A stretch of DNA of 64,000 nucleotides from assembly GCA_963828155.1 (NCBI GenBank), contig CAWHDQ010000014.1, positions 225,089 through 289,088 of the forward strand, written 5' to 3'. Within the stretch, counting starts at the first letter, position 1, and each line of letters starts with the position of its first letter. The stretch is from an uncultured Planctomycetaceae bacterium. GTDB lineage: Bacteria > Planctomycetota > Planctomycetia > Pirellulales > PALSA-1355. Of this stretch, positions 45,140-59,463 are shown piece by piece. The notes under the pieces were generated by a model. It worked only from the letters and a program-made list of their open reading frames with translations, was not told the origin of the DNA and did not search any database. Position numbers and translations under genes: made by a program.

Positions 45140-47242
45140 ATGCGCGCAATGCGCCGATTTTCGCCCAAAATCTCCGCCTGCTGCGTGACGACCCTGGCAA
45201 TATTCTGGCTGGCGGCTGCGCAGGCGATGGCCGCTGAGCTCGCCGGCAGCGTCCAAGCCTGCGCGGGGGCCCGTTGCCGGCGCGACCATCCTGCTGAATG
45301 CGGCGGGTGAAGGTGCGCCCACGAAGCTGGCTCAAGGCAAAACCGACGCCAGCGGCGGGTTCAAGTTGTCCTTCGGTCCACCGCCGAAAGGGAGCGTGCT
45401 CTACCTGGTCGCGAAAGGTGGCACGCCCAAGGCAGCTGATGCCAAAGGGCCGAACGACGCCATCGCGTTATTGGCCATCCTGGGTAGTTCCCCGCCCAAC
45501 AAGGTCACGGTCAATGAGTTCACGACGATTGCGTCGGTCTGGACGGCGGCGCAGTTCTTGAAGGGCGATGTGCTGAGCGGCAAGAGTCTGGGCCTGAACA
45601 TCGCCGCCGGCAACGTGCCCAATTTCGTCAACCTCGAAACGGGCGGCTACGGCGGCGCGATCCAGGACGCCCTCAATCAGCGCCCAGACGCCGACGATGG
45701 CAAATTTCGCCACGCTGGCAAACGTGCTGGCCGGTTGCCTGACTCGGGTGACACCGGATGCGTGCAGCCGGTTTTTTGCGGCGGCGACGGACCCGGCCGG
45801 CAATGTGCCGACGGACACGCTGACGGCCTTGGAGATGATCGCTCGGAATCCGTGGCATGAGCCGGCGAAGATCTTTGAGCTGTTGGTCGCCTTCTATCCC
45901 GTTCCGCAGGGTAAATTCCTGCGGCCCACGCCGTTCCAGCCTTACCTGAGTTTTCCTCCGAGTGCGTGGGTGTTGCCGCTCAAGTTCACCGGCGGCGGGC
46001 TGTGTGCTCCCGGCAAGCTGATGATCGATGGCCAAGGCAATTGCTGGGCGGCTGACAACTTCCTGGTTGGTGCCCAGAACCAGTCAATCCTCTGGTCAGG
46101 CAATCTGACCAAGCTCGCCCCGAACGGCCAGCCACTGTCGCCGATGACTTCGGGCTTCACCGGCGGCGGGCTGATGGGGCCCGGTTTCGGCCTGACCCTG
46201 GATGCGGCGGACAATGTTTGGGTATCGAGCTTCACCGGCGCGGGAATTTCAAAATTCGACAATTCCGGCAAACCACTCTCACCGCCCGAGGGCTACACCT
46301 TGAACGGCCAGCTCGGCAAGATGCAGGGCATCATCGCCACGCCCAACGGCGATATTTGGGCCGTTGACGCAACGAAAATGCAGGTGGTCCGGTTCCCCAA
46401 GGGCGACGCGACCAAGGGCGAGTTGCTGATGCGAAACCCGACCGGCGACCCGCTGACGTAACCCCTACAAGCTGATGGCCCCGTTTCATCTGGCCATCGA
46501 TCAGCAGGACCGGATTTGGGTCTCGAACGCCGCGGGCGATTGGGTGACGCGGTTTGCGGCCAGCGATCCGACCAAGGTGGAAACCTTCAAAGTTGGCTTC
46601 AGCCCCAGCGGCCTGGCCATCGATAGCAAGGGCAACGTCTGGGTCTCCAATCGCCTGGGCAGTTCCGAGCGAGGCCGCCTGAAGTTGTATGGAAATGCTG
46701 GCGGCATTCAAGGTGGACATCGACGGCGACCCTGATCCGGCGGACCGGCTGACCAAGGTTCTGATTCCCGCGATGGCGGCGCAGACCTCGGGCTACTGGG
46801 AGGGTGGCAGCGTCTCCGTGCTAAGCCCGGATGGCAGCCAGGCATCCTTCTCACCGGTGTCCGGCAAGGGGCTCACCGGACCCTGGGCCGTGGCCGTGGA
46901 TGGCGACGATCATGTTTGGATTTCCAACTTCAGCACCTCCTCGGCAGGGATTGTCGAACTCTGCGGTTTTCAGACGGAGAAGAATCCCCCGGGAATGAAA
47001 CCGGGCGATGCCATCTCGCCGCCCGGCGGCTATGTGGGCGGCGGGTTGCAAATGCAGGTCGATATCGACATTGATCCTGCCGGCAACGTCTGGGTCTCGA
47101 ATAATTGGCAGGACTATCCGGCGGCGCTGCGTCCGGCGGTCGAACCGCTCTCCACTCTCGGCGCCGGCCAGGGCGTGGTCGTTTTTTATGGCCTGGCCAA
47201 GCCCGTGCGAACGCCCCTGATCGGTCCCCGCGCGATCCCTGA
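45140..47242 (+). CDS. Secreted NHL-repeat/beta-propeller protein (several frameshifts; end uncertain, 47242-47369)
   Basis: Signal peptide; repeats 'IDGQGNCWAAD', 'LDAADNVWVSS', 'IDQQDRIWVSN', 'IDSKGNVWVSN', 'VDGDDHVWISN', 'IDPAGNVWVSN'; 'VNEFTTIAS', 'PVRTPLIGP'. Confidence 0.75.
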
Positions 47243-47365
47243 CCGACAGCACGGCGTCTTTGTCGCGACGGACGCCAGACTTTCAGCGCGCATCGGTAAC
47301 ATGCTCAGGAAAACCCGTGCCATGTTGCCGAGCATGCGCCCGAAACGCGAATTGAAGGCTGCCCC

Positions 47366-47816
47366 CTAAAACTTCCTGTACTGCAGCCACTTGCCGTTCA
47401 GCGTGAGCTGCATCCGGGGTACCCCGGGCGGGTCTTCGACCTTGGCGATGTCGACCGACATGTCGATCGCGCTCATGATTCCGTCGCCGAACAGCTCGTG
47501 GGCAACGTCTTTGAAGACCGGGCCGTAGAGCATCACGGCTTCATAGAGCCGGTAGATGAACGGATCGGTCGGCGGCCAGGGCTGGGCCGGCATGCGGTGC
47601 GGGGCTTGCATCAGCACCGACCTGGATTCATCGGGGAGCGAGAGGAGCTTGATGAGGGCGTTTGCCTCGTCGGCCGTGGCTTGACCGTAGCCGTACAGGA
47701 GCATGGCCGCGTAGACCGGACTGCGGCCGATGGCTGTCGCCGACTTGCGGCCAGGTCAGACCGAGCTGTGCTTTCTGTTCGAGGCCGAGCTCGCAAATCT
47801 CGTCGCGCGTCAGCAT
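47366..47816 (-). CDS. cynS: Cyanate hydratase (cyanase; frameshift ~47745)
   Basis: 'PPTDPFIYRLYE', 'HELFGDGIMSAID', 'LNGKWLQY'; AAGGAG RBS. Confidence 0.92.
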
Positions 47817-47848
47817 GCGGCGTCGCTCCTTGGGCTGCGGCGCTCGTG

Positions 47849-48526
47849 CTACTTCGGCTTATCGCCGGTCAGCTTGGCGCCGGTGTAGGGGCTGAATTCG
47901 AAGTTGCCCGGGAATTGCTCGCCGGTCGTGGTGTCGAACTTGGGGGGCAGGAGCGAGCCCAGCGGCAAACGCCATTTGAACTCCTGGTCGCCGACGGTGA
48001 TCGAAAACATGCTCTTGCCCAGCGGGTCGAGCAGCCGCTTGTCGTTCTTGTCGCGGCCCTCGAAGGCGATGAACTCCATTGACTGGCCGAGCTTGCCCAG
48101 CGAAGCTCCGATCAGCGGCTTCATCGTCTGAAAGAAGGTCTTGGCCGCCGCGTCGAGGTCGTCGTCGGGGATGGGCTGATAGGTTTTCAGGCCGTGCTTG
48201 ACGACAATCTGAGACAGCATCTTTTCGCGCGGCGTCCCTTCGAAGCCGCCCAAGGGGCCGATCCGCCCTTCGACGATCGCCACGACGGTGTAGGGCCGAA
48301 CGAGCTTCAGGACTTCCTTCTGGCTGTCGGCCGGGACCGCGGGATTGTCCTTGAAGCTCTGTTCCCAGAACTCGTCGGGAATCCACCACACGATCAGCAC
48401 CGTGCCGTTGTCGGACCGCGTAACCTGCGTGTCGCGGACCAGCGGGGCCACGTCGGCCGCGCGGGCCGGAGCTGCCAAGCCCGCGGTCAGAGTCAATCCG
48501 AAGAGCCAGGCGAGATAGCGACGCAT
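47849..48526 (-). CDS. Secreted hypothetical protein
   Basis: GGAGG RBS; signal peptide MRRYLAWLFGLTLTAGLAAPARA; C-terminal 'FPGNFEFSPYTG'. Confidence 0.75.
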   Translation of the reverse strand: MRRYLAWLFGLTLTAGLAAPARAADVAPLVRDTQVTRSDNGTVLIVWWIPDEFWEQSFKDNPAVPADSQKEVLKLVRPYTVVAIVEGRIGPLGGFEGTPREKMLSQIVVKHGLKTYQPIPDDDLDAAAKTFFQTMKPLIGASLGKLGQSMEFIAFEGRDKNDKRLLDPLGKSMFSITVGDQEFKWRLPLGSLLPPKFDTTTGEQFPGNFEFSPYTGAKLTGDKPK

Positions 48527-48659
48527 CGGACGGACCTCCGCGGTTTGAGGACAAGGGACGGATGTCTGATCGTACCGAATTGCCCGCAGCTGTACCACCT
48601 TTTGAGATTTCGGTTCCGCAGCGTGGAATTCTCGGGCGGCGATCGGGGTTGATCGACTC

Positions 48660-49019
48660 TCAAGCCGGAAGCGGCAGCACTCTCAAATGCCCCTCCTGGG
48701 CAACGCTGAAATGCCCCCGCCACTCGATCGATTGCGAAAGAACCTGAATCGCGAAACGCGCCAGGTAGTCAGGCGAAGTCAGCGTGGGGCGGAGCAGGAT
48801 GATGCCCGACGAGGAATTCTGCCCCAAGCGATAGACCAGTTCGCCGAAATCTTTGTCGAACGTAACGAGCACCCGATCGTCGGCGACGGACGCCGCGAGG
48901 ACGGCGCGATCGTCCGCCCCCGGAATCGTTTACGCCACCCACGCCACGTCATGGCCCGCCTGGCGGAGGGCATCGACCGTCGTCGCCGGCACGTTCTCGT
49001 TGGCGAGCAGCCTGGCCAT
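48660..49019 (-). pseudogene. DUF5615/Mut7-C-like PIN toxin with in-frame TAA at codon 30
   Basis: MARLLANENVP...GHDVAWVA*TIPGADD...VLVTFDKDFGEL; same frame on both sides of TAA (48930-48932). Confidence 0.75.
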
Positions 49020-49028
49020 CGGAATTCC

Positions 49029-49259
49029 TTATCCGGCCAGGGGAAACACTCGTTCGTGCTTGAGCACCTCGGCCGCGTAGTGGAGCGCGGCCTGGATGTC
49101 GTCGGCGGTCAGCTGCGGATAGTTCTGCAGAATCTGCTCGTTCGACCAGCCCTCGGCCAGAATCGATAGCAGGAAGTCGATCGCCAACCGCGTCCCGCGG
49201 ATCACGGGCTTGCCCGCCAAAACTCCCGAGTCGACGGCGATGCGATCTTGCCACGTCAT
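49029..49259 (-). CDS. DUF433 family antitoxin
   Basis: 'VLAGKPVIRGTRL', 'EQILQNYPQLTADDIQAALHYA'. Confidence 0.9.
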   Translation of the reverse strand: MTWQDRIAVDSGVLAGKPVIRGTRLAIDFLLSILAEGWSNEQILQNYPQLTADDIQAALHYAAEVLKHERVFPLAG

Positions 49260-49379
49260 GGCATTTGCTCGGTCAGAAAAGCGCCAGCGATTACCTCTGG
49301 CTCTCATTCTAAGCCGCTGGCTCGCACCTTCCCAGGGGAAGGCATCGGGACGAGCCGTTCGAGCGCCAGATCAATTTGG

Positions 49380-52673
<3,294 letters not shown>

Positions 52674-52949
52674 GGTGTCGGGTCCCTCGCCTCCCAGGCT
52701 AGCTCCCTGCTGGCTGTAAAATCCCTCGAAATTACCACACCGCGAGCGACGGCTTCAAGGGGCCGGTGCCCGAGATTGACAGCAGCCCGCAGCGGTGGTG
52801 AAATGAGGTGTGCTAAGCGGTTGATCGCGGCCGGGTTCAGGTTCGCCGGGCGGTTTTGCTGGCGAGCCAGCGGAGGGACTCTGCGCACCCGGCCCGAGCA
52901 TCGTTGCCCTACCTTGATTCCTCACGCCTCACTGCCGGAGAGCTGCCGT

Positions 52950-53775
52950 ATGCGGCCCACACGAGCCCTTGGCGCCCCTGTTCTTTTGGCCCTCATCGTT
53001 TTGGCGGCCTTGGCCCATCCCGCGGCCGCCCAGCGGCGCAATAACGGCCGCAACTACGCCGCCATGCGGCAGGCCATGATCAACCAGCTGCAGCAGCAGC
53101 TGACCGCGGCCCGGCAGACCTTGTCGGCGGCCCAGGCCGAGATCGCGCAGGCCCAGGGCAAGATCGACGAGTCGAAGTCGCGCGTCGAGACCGCCAAGAG
53201 CGCGCTGGAATCGGTCCACAACGACAACGCGCAATTCGCGCCAAGCGCTCGACCAGCTCGAAGCCGAGCTGATCGAGAAAGCCGGCCCCGACTCGGACAT
53301 CGGCAAGGCCCACGCCGAGCTGCTCGACGCCGAGGACGCCCACGCCACGGCCAAGAAGAACGTGCTCAACAGCCCCGAGTACAAGGCCAAGATCGCCGCG
53401 ATCGAGCCCGACCAGCGGAGCAAGCAATTGCCGCTGGTCTTGAAAGAGGCCCTCAAGGAAGACTCCGACTACCAGCGGGCTCGCAGCCGGCTAGCCCAGG
53501 CCAAGAACCATTGGGGTCAGGTCCGGACCGCCATGCTCCAGGCCAGTTCGGAATGGATGGCCGCCAGCAAGGCCATGCGCAATTCCCACACCGAGGAGCA
53601 CAAGGTCGAGGGCGAAGCCCGGGCGGGCGCTATGGCCCGGATGCCCGCCGCGGCCCGCATGCGCGACGCCAAGGAAGTGGCCGACGCGGCGATGGAAACC
53701 ATCGCCATGTGTGAGGCCCAGCTCCGGTCGCTGGGCGTCAATCCCTCGCCCCCGGCCAAGACGACGGGGAGTTGA
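52950..53775 (+). CDS. Secreted coiled-coil hypothetical protein (frameshift ~53235)
   Basis: Signal peptide '...LAALAHPAAA'; Ala/Gln/Glu/Lys heptad-rich sequence. Confidence 0.65.
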
Positions 53776-53829
53776 GGAGGCGTGAGGCTTGAGCCCTGAG
53801 GGATGAGGCAGGTAGGCTTCTTCGTCCTC

Positions 53830-54110
53830 AAGCCTGAAAGGCTTCCGGAGCGCAGCCCAGGGCAAGCGCAGTGCGCCCTGGGTTTGCTGGGCGGTTGCGA
53901 AATCTTCTTCGCCCTGAATGGGCGACGGAACCCGGCTATCACCGCAGCAGGGCTGTTGGTCTGCTGACCCGAACTGGTCTACTGACCCGACGTGCGCGCC
54001 CGACTCCTCCGCCCATGCAGGGCGGTTGTACAGGAGTCGGCGGATTGGTCTTCCCAGGGTTTGCGCTGCGCTCCAACCCCTGGGCTGGGCTCCTACGCCC
54101 CTTTAGGGCG
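53830..54110. repeat. REP/MITE-like palindromic element, same family as 24309-24553
   Basis: gcctgaaaggc, cagcccaggg..ccctggg, gccctgaatgggc, and inverted end ccctgggctgg..gcccctttagggc. Confidence 0.7.
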
Positions 54111-54151
54111 GTTGCGTTCCGGAAATCACGCCGCCGAATGACGAACCAGGA

Positions 54152-54884
54152 TCAATGCTCGTGCCTGTTCGGATCGCGGTCCAGGTGCTGCTGGTCGCGA
54201 TGGAAGTGCAGATTGGGTAGCGCTTCGAGCAGCCGCAGGATTCCGTCGTCGGTGGCCTGCGAGCCGTCGAGATAGAACGATTCGAGCTGCGCGAGGCCGT
54301 GCAGCTGGTCGAGCCCGGCGTCGGTGATCGGCACGTCGATCAGGTGCAATGCCCGCAGCCGCTTGAAGCGCCCGAGGCAGGCCATCCCTTCGTCGGTGAT
54401 CCGCGGGCTGCCCAGCCGCAGCAGCTCCAATCGCGGGAGGGCGGCCAGGCGCAGAGCCCCGCATCGGTGATTTCGGCCTGGGGCAGATTGAGCACCCGCA
54501 GGCTTTCCAGCCCCAGCAGGGCTTCAATCCCGGCATCGCCGATCGTGCCGCCGCGAATCCGCAGCTGCTCGAGCGATTTCAGATTGGCCAGCGACTGGAG
54601 CCCAGCATCGGTGACGTCGGCCTGATCGAGGACGATTTTTTCGAGCGTGATCAGGCCGGCCAGGCGGGCCAGCTCGGCATCGCCGACGGGCGCCTGCGTG
54701 ACGACGATCTCGAAGGTCTCGCCCCGCAGCGCGGCTTTTACTTGCTCGTCGAACGACGGTTCGGTGCGGGCTGAGCCTGTGGGCGATCGACCGCAGCCGG
54801 CAATGAGCAGGCAGCAAGTGGCAAACCACGCTCCCTTGCGGGTCGCAGCGGCGAGCAATTCGGCCTGGCGTCGCTGTGGTTCAT
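54152..54884 (-). CDS. Leucine-rich-repeat lipoprotein (frameshift ~54440; start uncertain)
   Basis: Lipobox-like 'LLIAGC'; repeats 'VTDAGLQSL', 'IGDAGIEAL', 'ITDEGMACL', 'ITDAGLDQL'. Confidence 0.75.
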
Positions 54885-55089
54885 GCGAGCGAGCTTAGCA
54901 CGCCGCGAACGCGAAGGGCAACGACATCCAACGGCCGGTAGCATCCTAAATCTTTGTTGCCATCCCCGGCCGGTCTAGCCCGGTCGTTCTTTGGTAGTGT
55001 CCGACTGGAACCGCACAGGGCGAGCCAAGCTGGTTGGCCGGCGGGGCTTTGCGGGAAGTTGGTAAATCTTTGCGCGAAGCCGTCGTCTA

Positions 55090-55464
55090 TCACCACGGTT
55101 CGCCATTTCCAAACGACCAGTCCTCGCGGTCAACAAAGACCAAGCTAATGAAGACATCCTCGCGGCGCACGCCGAGCCGGCGGTTCAGCTCGTCGGCTAT
55201 GTGCCGGAAGAAGGCGCGTTTCTGCTCCTTGGTGTTTCCGACGGTGCTCGTTACTTGAATGTAAATGAGGTCGCCCGACCGCTTGATGCCGAGAAAGTTC
55301 GGATCGAACACAAAATTCTCGGGCGCATGCTCGCCAATGACCATGAAGCGGTCTCCATCCGGCGCCTTTAGTATCCCGACAATCCCCGCATACACGACAT
55401 TGCCCACGGCCGAGCGGTATTCGGGTGTTTTTCCTAAGGCCAGATCGATACGTGCAAACGGCAT
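55090..55464 (-). CDS. Tautomerase superfamily protein (Pro-1, MSAD/YusQ-like)
   Basis: MPFARIDL..., 'DRFMVI.EH', 'EQKRAFF', 'EDWSFGNG'. Confidence 0.88.
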   Translation of the reverse strand: MPFARIDLALGKTPEYRSAVGNVVYAGIVGILKAPDGDRFMVIGEHAPENFVFDPNFLGIKRSGDLIYIQVTSTVGNTKEQKRAFFRHIADELNRRLGVRREDVFISLVFVDREDWSFGNGEPW

Positions 55465-55726
55465 AGCAGTCTTCCTTTCAATGCGGACCGTACCCGATAG
55501 AACAACGCGCTTCGCCAGGCCCGAGCCGTGGCGAAGATTAGTAAGTCAGCACCCGGCCCGAGGCCGACAGCGCGGGGGATCAGCCGCGCTTGCCAGGCGA
55601 GCCGGCATTTTAGTGCGGCGTAGGGCCAGATGAAAAAAATCGGGGCTGCGACCCGGTAGCCAGTAGCGCTACGCAGCGGGTTGAGTCGCCAACAAACACA
55701 GCCCACATGACCGCGGGTGGCTGGCA

Positions 55727-56599
55727 CTAGGGCTTCGATTCACGCGACTTCGCCGCGGCCGACGACTTCTTGTCGGCGGGCTTAGGAGCTTTTTCCGCCG
55801 CAGCCGCCGGCGGCGTGTCGGGCTCGGCCGGGGTACTGAGATCGGCCAGCAACCGGCGAATCATTTCGTGCTCGACCCGGGTCGCCCGGATCGCTAGCCG
55901 CGAATCCAAGGGCCTGACTTTGAATCCCGACGCGGAGGCAGCCGGCGTTCCGCGGGAACCCTCGGATCCCGGCAACGTGTCGACCGGATCGAACATTTGC
56001 ACGACTCCGACGAGCTCGTCCATTTGGTCCGCTTTTACCGCTGCACGGTCGTAGAGCCGGACCATTAGATGCCGGTCGGGATCGTCCTCCGGAACGATCA
56101 ACACGATCTCGCCGTCGACGATGTACGTCAGCTTGAGCTGCCGCAGCACCACGTCGAGCGACGTGCCTAGGGACATTCCCTTGAGATTGGAAGTGACCGG
56201 GGTGCATAGGCTCACCGAAGCGTCTTCGAGCGCACGACTATCGATTTGGATTTCCACAATGTGTAAATCCTTTAAAAAGTCGACCACGTCCTGCAGCGGC
56301 GCCTCGACGAATTCAAACGACGTCGGTTCTGTCAGTTTCTGGCACACTCGTGGGTGCGGTTCCTTGCCCAGCCGGATCGGAGCCGGCCTTCTGGCCGGCA
56401 CCGGCTTGGCGGGCTTCGGCGCCTGAGTCGCTCCATCCGCGATCAGGGCTTGGCCCAGCCGCGCTTGCGGTCGCCGCGGCTCGCCGGGCGGGCCCGCCTC
56501 ACCCAGTTGCATGCTTCTGGCGACGCGCGTACACAGCAGCCCAGCGCCTGCCGCCAACAGCGCGACAACCGCGACCGAACCAACGATGGAGCGGCGCAT
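55727..56599 (-). CDS. Exported protein with secretin N-terminal (STN/N0-like) domain, no secretin barrel
   Basis: 'FEFVEAPLQDVVDFL...IDSRALED...TPVT.NL..MSLGTSL..VL..LKLTYIVDGEIV' matches the N-domain of the secretin at ~38230-38470. Confidence 0.7.
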   Translation of the reverse strand: MRRSIVGSVAVVALLAAGAGLLCTRVARSMQLGEAGPPGEPRRPQARLGQALIADGATQAPKPAKPVPARRPAPIRLGKEPHPRVCQKLTEPTSFEFVEAPLQDVVDFLKDLHIVEIQIDSRALEDASVSLCTPVTSNLKGMSLGTSLDVVLRQLKLTYIVDGEIVLIVPEDDPDRHLMVRLYDRAAVKADQMDELVGVVQMFDPVDTLPGSEGSRGTPAASASGFKVRPLDSRLAIRATRVEHEMIRRLLADLSTPAEPDTPPAAAAEKAPKPADKKSSAAAKSRESKP

Positions 56600-56736
56600 G
56601 AGTCCCTCCTCTTCTTAGGATGGCGGCGAATGCCGCAGGCCGAAGGAAATGCCGGGCCGAGCCCTGTTCCGCAAAGCTCGCCCGCGCCGGTCATCCTACC
56701 GCTGCCCGGGATGTCGGGCAAACTTATCGAGAGCGG

Positions 56737-57049
56737 CTACCGCCCCTGCATCATCCGGGCTCGGGCCATCGCGTCTTCGGCTTCGGGGATGCGGCCGGCG
56801 CTGATAGGTGACGCTCATCGCGGTGAAGCTGAACGGATCGTTCGGCTCCAGTTGGCAGACGGTCTGGCCGTGGCGGATCGCCTCGTCATGCCGCTTCAGC
56901 CGGCCGTAGATCACCGCGAGCGCCGAATGGGCCAAGGCATAGTTCGGGTCCTGAGCCACGAGCTCTTGAAGCTTGGCGACCGCCTCGTCCAGCTTGCCCT
57001 CGTCCTTGAGTTTGTCGGCCTGGTCGTACAGCTGTTCATTGGTGGGCAT
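56737..57049 (-). CDS. Small TPR protein (frameshift ~56795)
   Basis: 'GKLDEAVAKLQELVAQDPNYALAHSALAVIY', 'EPNDPFSFTAMS'; stitched end 'AEDAMARARMMQGR*'. Confidence 0.75.
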
Positions 57050-57558
57050 CGGCGGCTTCAGCTCCGGCGGGTCAAAAGCAGGGGGGGGAACGGGTTGGTC
57101 TCTAGAGTTTACCAATCCTGCCCGAAGTTCGCTTGCAGAGGCGATGCAGGCAAGGCGAGCCGGGACGACTCAGCGGGATCGCGTTGTGCTACCGATCCGC
57201 CGCCCCATGGTGCCAACGCGCAGCTGCGGCTGCGGCCTGCAGCGGGGCTTTTACGGCCGGGCCGCCACCCGTCGCCAGGCCTGCTACGCCAGGGCCCGGT
57301 GTTTTGGCGAAGATTTGCCGGCCGGATCCCCCCCGCGAGCAGGCCGGCCGCCGGGGTGTTGGCGGCGTCAAAACCGGTACTTTGAGTTGAACTGGTTCTT
57401 CCGACCCGACCGATAACAACCCACGGAGCGGCCCGCGCTCCGGCGGGCGGCCGCCTGTTGCCGCCTGTCGTACTCGCCCTGCCCGCGCGAGCATCCCGTC
57501 CCCGGGACGAGCGGCCGACGACACGAGTCGGGCAACCCACCCGCCAAAGGTTTTCGCG

Positions 57559-58425
57559 GTGAATATCCATCCGCAAGCGATCGTCAGCCCGCAGGCCAAA
57601 CTCGGGCGTGACGTAGTGATCGGTCCCTTCGCGATCGTCGAAGCCGACGTTGTCATCGGAGACGGCTGCCAGCTGGCGGCCGGCGTGATCGTCAAGAGCG
57701 GCGCGACGCTGGGCGCGAACAACCGGGTTATCGAGGGCAGCGTCATCGGCGGCGCACCGCAGCACACGCGGATGCCCGAGCGGTTGGGGAGCGTGCGGGT
57801 CGGCAACAACAACACGATCCGCGAGCACTGCACGATCCATCGGGCACTGCACGAAGGCGCCACCACGATCGTGGGCGACAACAACCTGCTGATGGTCGGG
57901 GCCCACGTGGCCCACGACTGCCAGGTCGGCAGTCACATTGTGTTTGCCAACAACACGCTGTTGGCCGGGCACGTGTGCGTCGAGGACCGGGCGTTCCTCT
58001 CGGGGGCCGTCGGCGTACACCAGTTCTGCCGCGTCGGCCGGCTGGCGATGATTGGCGGCCACGCCCGCGTGGTGCAGGACGTGCCGCCCTACGTGATGAT
58101 CGACGGAATCAGCGGCTGCATCGTGGGCCTGAACCTGGTGGGCCTGCGGCGGAACGGATTCGTGGCCGAGGAAATCGCCGAGCTGAAAACCGCCTATCGG
58201 TTGATCTATCGCAGCGGACTGGCCTGGAGCGAGATTCTCAAGCAGCTGCAACTGCAGTTCGCCCAAGGGCCGGCCAGCGAGTTTTATCCGTTTCTGTCGC
58301 AGGGCAAACGGGGCTTCGTGCAGGAGCGGCGGATGCCACCGACCGCCACGCTCAAACTGCGGCGGCCGGCCGAAACCGAGGACGAGCTCGGGTTCGACCA
58401 GGCCCAGAAAAAGGCAGCCGGCTGA
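57559..58425 (+). CDS. lpxA: Acyl-ACP:UDP-GlcNAc O-acyltransferase
   Basis: Hexapeptide repeats; 'IREHCTIHR', 'AHVAHDC', 'LAGHV', 'VHQFCRVG', 'QDVPPY', 'GLNLVGLRR'. Confidence 0.9.
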   Translation: MNIHPQAIVSPQAKLGRDVVIGPFAIVEADVVIGDGCQLAAGVIVKSGATLGANNRVIEGSVIGGAPQHTRMPERLGSVRVGNNNTIREHCTIHRALHEGATTIVGDNNLLMVGAHVAHDCQVGSHIVFANNTLLAGHVCVEDRAFLSGAVGVHQFCRVGRLAMIGGHARVVQDVPPYVMIDGISGCIVGLNLVGLRRNGFVAEEIAELKTAYRLIYRSGLAWSEILKQLQLQFAQGPASEFYPFLSQGKRGFVQERRMPPTATLKLRRPAETEDELGFDQAQKKAAG

Positions 58426-58752
58426 GACGCCGCGTCAGCAAAGGCCACCCGGGCAAGGGGACATTCGCTGGCCGCCGGGCGACCCTTCGTCCAGGGGATG
58501 GGCTGCCGGCCCGTGGCTGCTCGGCGAGCGGCCTAAAGGCCCATTTCTCCCCGATTGCCGGCACTTTCGCTGGATCTGGCACCGCCGGACCGCGCTGCTT
58601 TGCCTGCCGGGCCCGTATATACTAAAGGTGTCCGTCCCCGCATCGTTACACCTGCGGGCCGACGGCGCCGTTGCGGCCCGATTCTCCACCTAGTTACGTC
58701 GCCCATGGCCGGCCGCATCGAGTCTTCAGTAGGGGTGGCCGTGAAAGGGCAC

Positions 58753-59194
58753 ATGGACCTGCTCTGTCCGCAATGCGGCTGGAGCAAGAGCTGCGGCCCC
58801 TTGGACATGGTCGAGCAAATGCGCTCGGTCCGAATGCTCCGCGTCGGCGCAACGGTGGATCCGGCGCTTCTGTTCGAGCTGTTCGGCGCGGCGGCCGCCC
58901 GCAGCACCTGTCCCGGCTGCGGGCACACCGGCATGTCGGCCGTGGCCGAGTCGTCGGGCCGCTGGCCCGATGCTCGCAAGTGCCGCCGTCTGCGGCTGCG
59001 CGATTCCGCGAGCCCGGCTGGAAGCAATGCCCGAGAGCAAGCACTGCGCCGGTTGCCAGCATGACATCGAACGGGGCAAGCTGAGCCGCGACACCGATTT
59101 TTGCCCGCGCTGCGGCACCGTGCGTAAGATGCGTGCCAGCCATAACGGCAGCGTCACGCGGTATACGATGTTCTGTCCGGCCTGCCATCGGTAG
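58753..59194 (+). CDS. Multi-zinc-finger protein with central TraR/DksA C4-type finger (frameshift ~58985)
   Basis: CPQC, CPGC, CAVC..IPRARLEAMP..CAGC, CPRC, CPAC. Confidence 0.7.
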
Positions 59195-59283
59195 GGCAGG
59201 CGGCGCACTGCAATTCCTTTTCAGGCGTGCGGTTGCGATGCGCACCCGCCCGTTTCGCACGCGCCGAATTCTCGGCGCAGGGC

Positions 59284-59324
59284 ATCTTGATGAAATCTTG
59301 ATGCGCCCCGGGCCATTCTTGACA
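59284..59324 (+). promoter_or_regulatory. Probable KdpE-type (OmpR family) operator
   Basis: ATCTTGATG direct repeat with 11-bp period (59284, 59295) plus a related TTCTTGACA, ~150 bp upstream of the kdp operon. Confidence 0.55.
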
Positions 59325-59463
59325 CCCATTTTGCGCGCTTCTCGCTACAGTTCTTCGATAGAGAGAGCAGTCGGGCACGAGCGGCACGCCAATCGCGATG
59401 CCAGGGCTTGCTGAAGCGGGACCGGTCGCGGTTCGGCTCAAAAAATTGCCAGGAGACGCAACG

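Noticed and set aside
46455-46465. Stop-codon readthrough or recoding in the NHL gene
   Set aside because: Downstream coding continues in a different frame, so it is an indel rather than readthrough
44900-49300. Prophage or integrative element
   Set aside because: Accessory-looking genes but no integrase, att repeats, tRNA or phage genes
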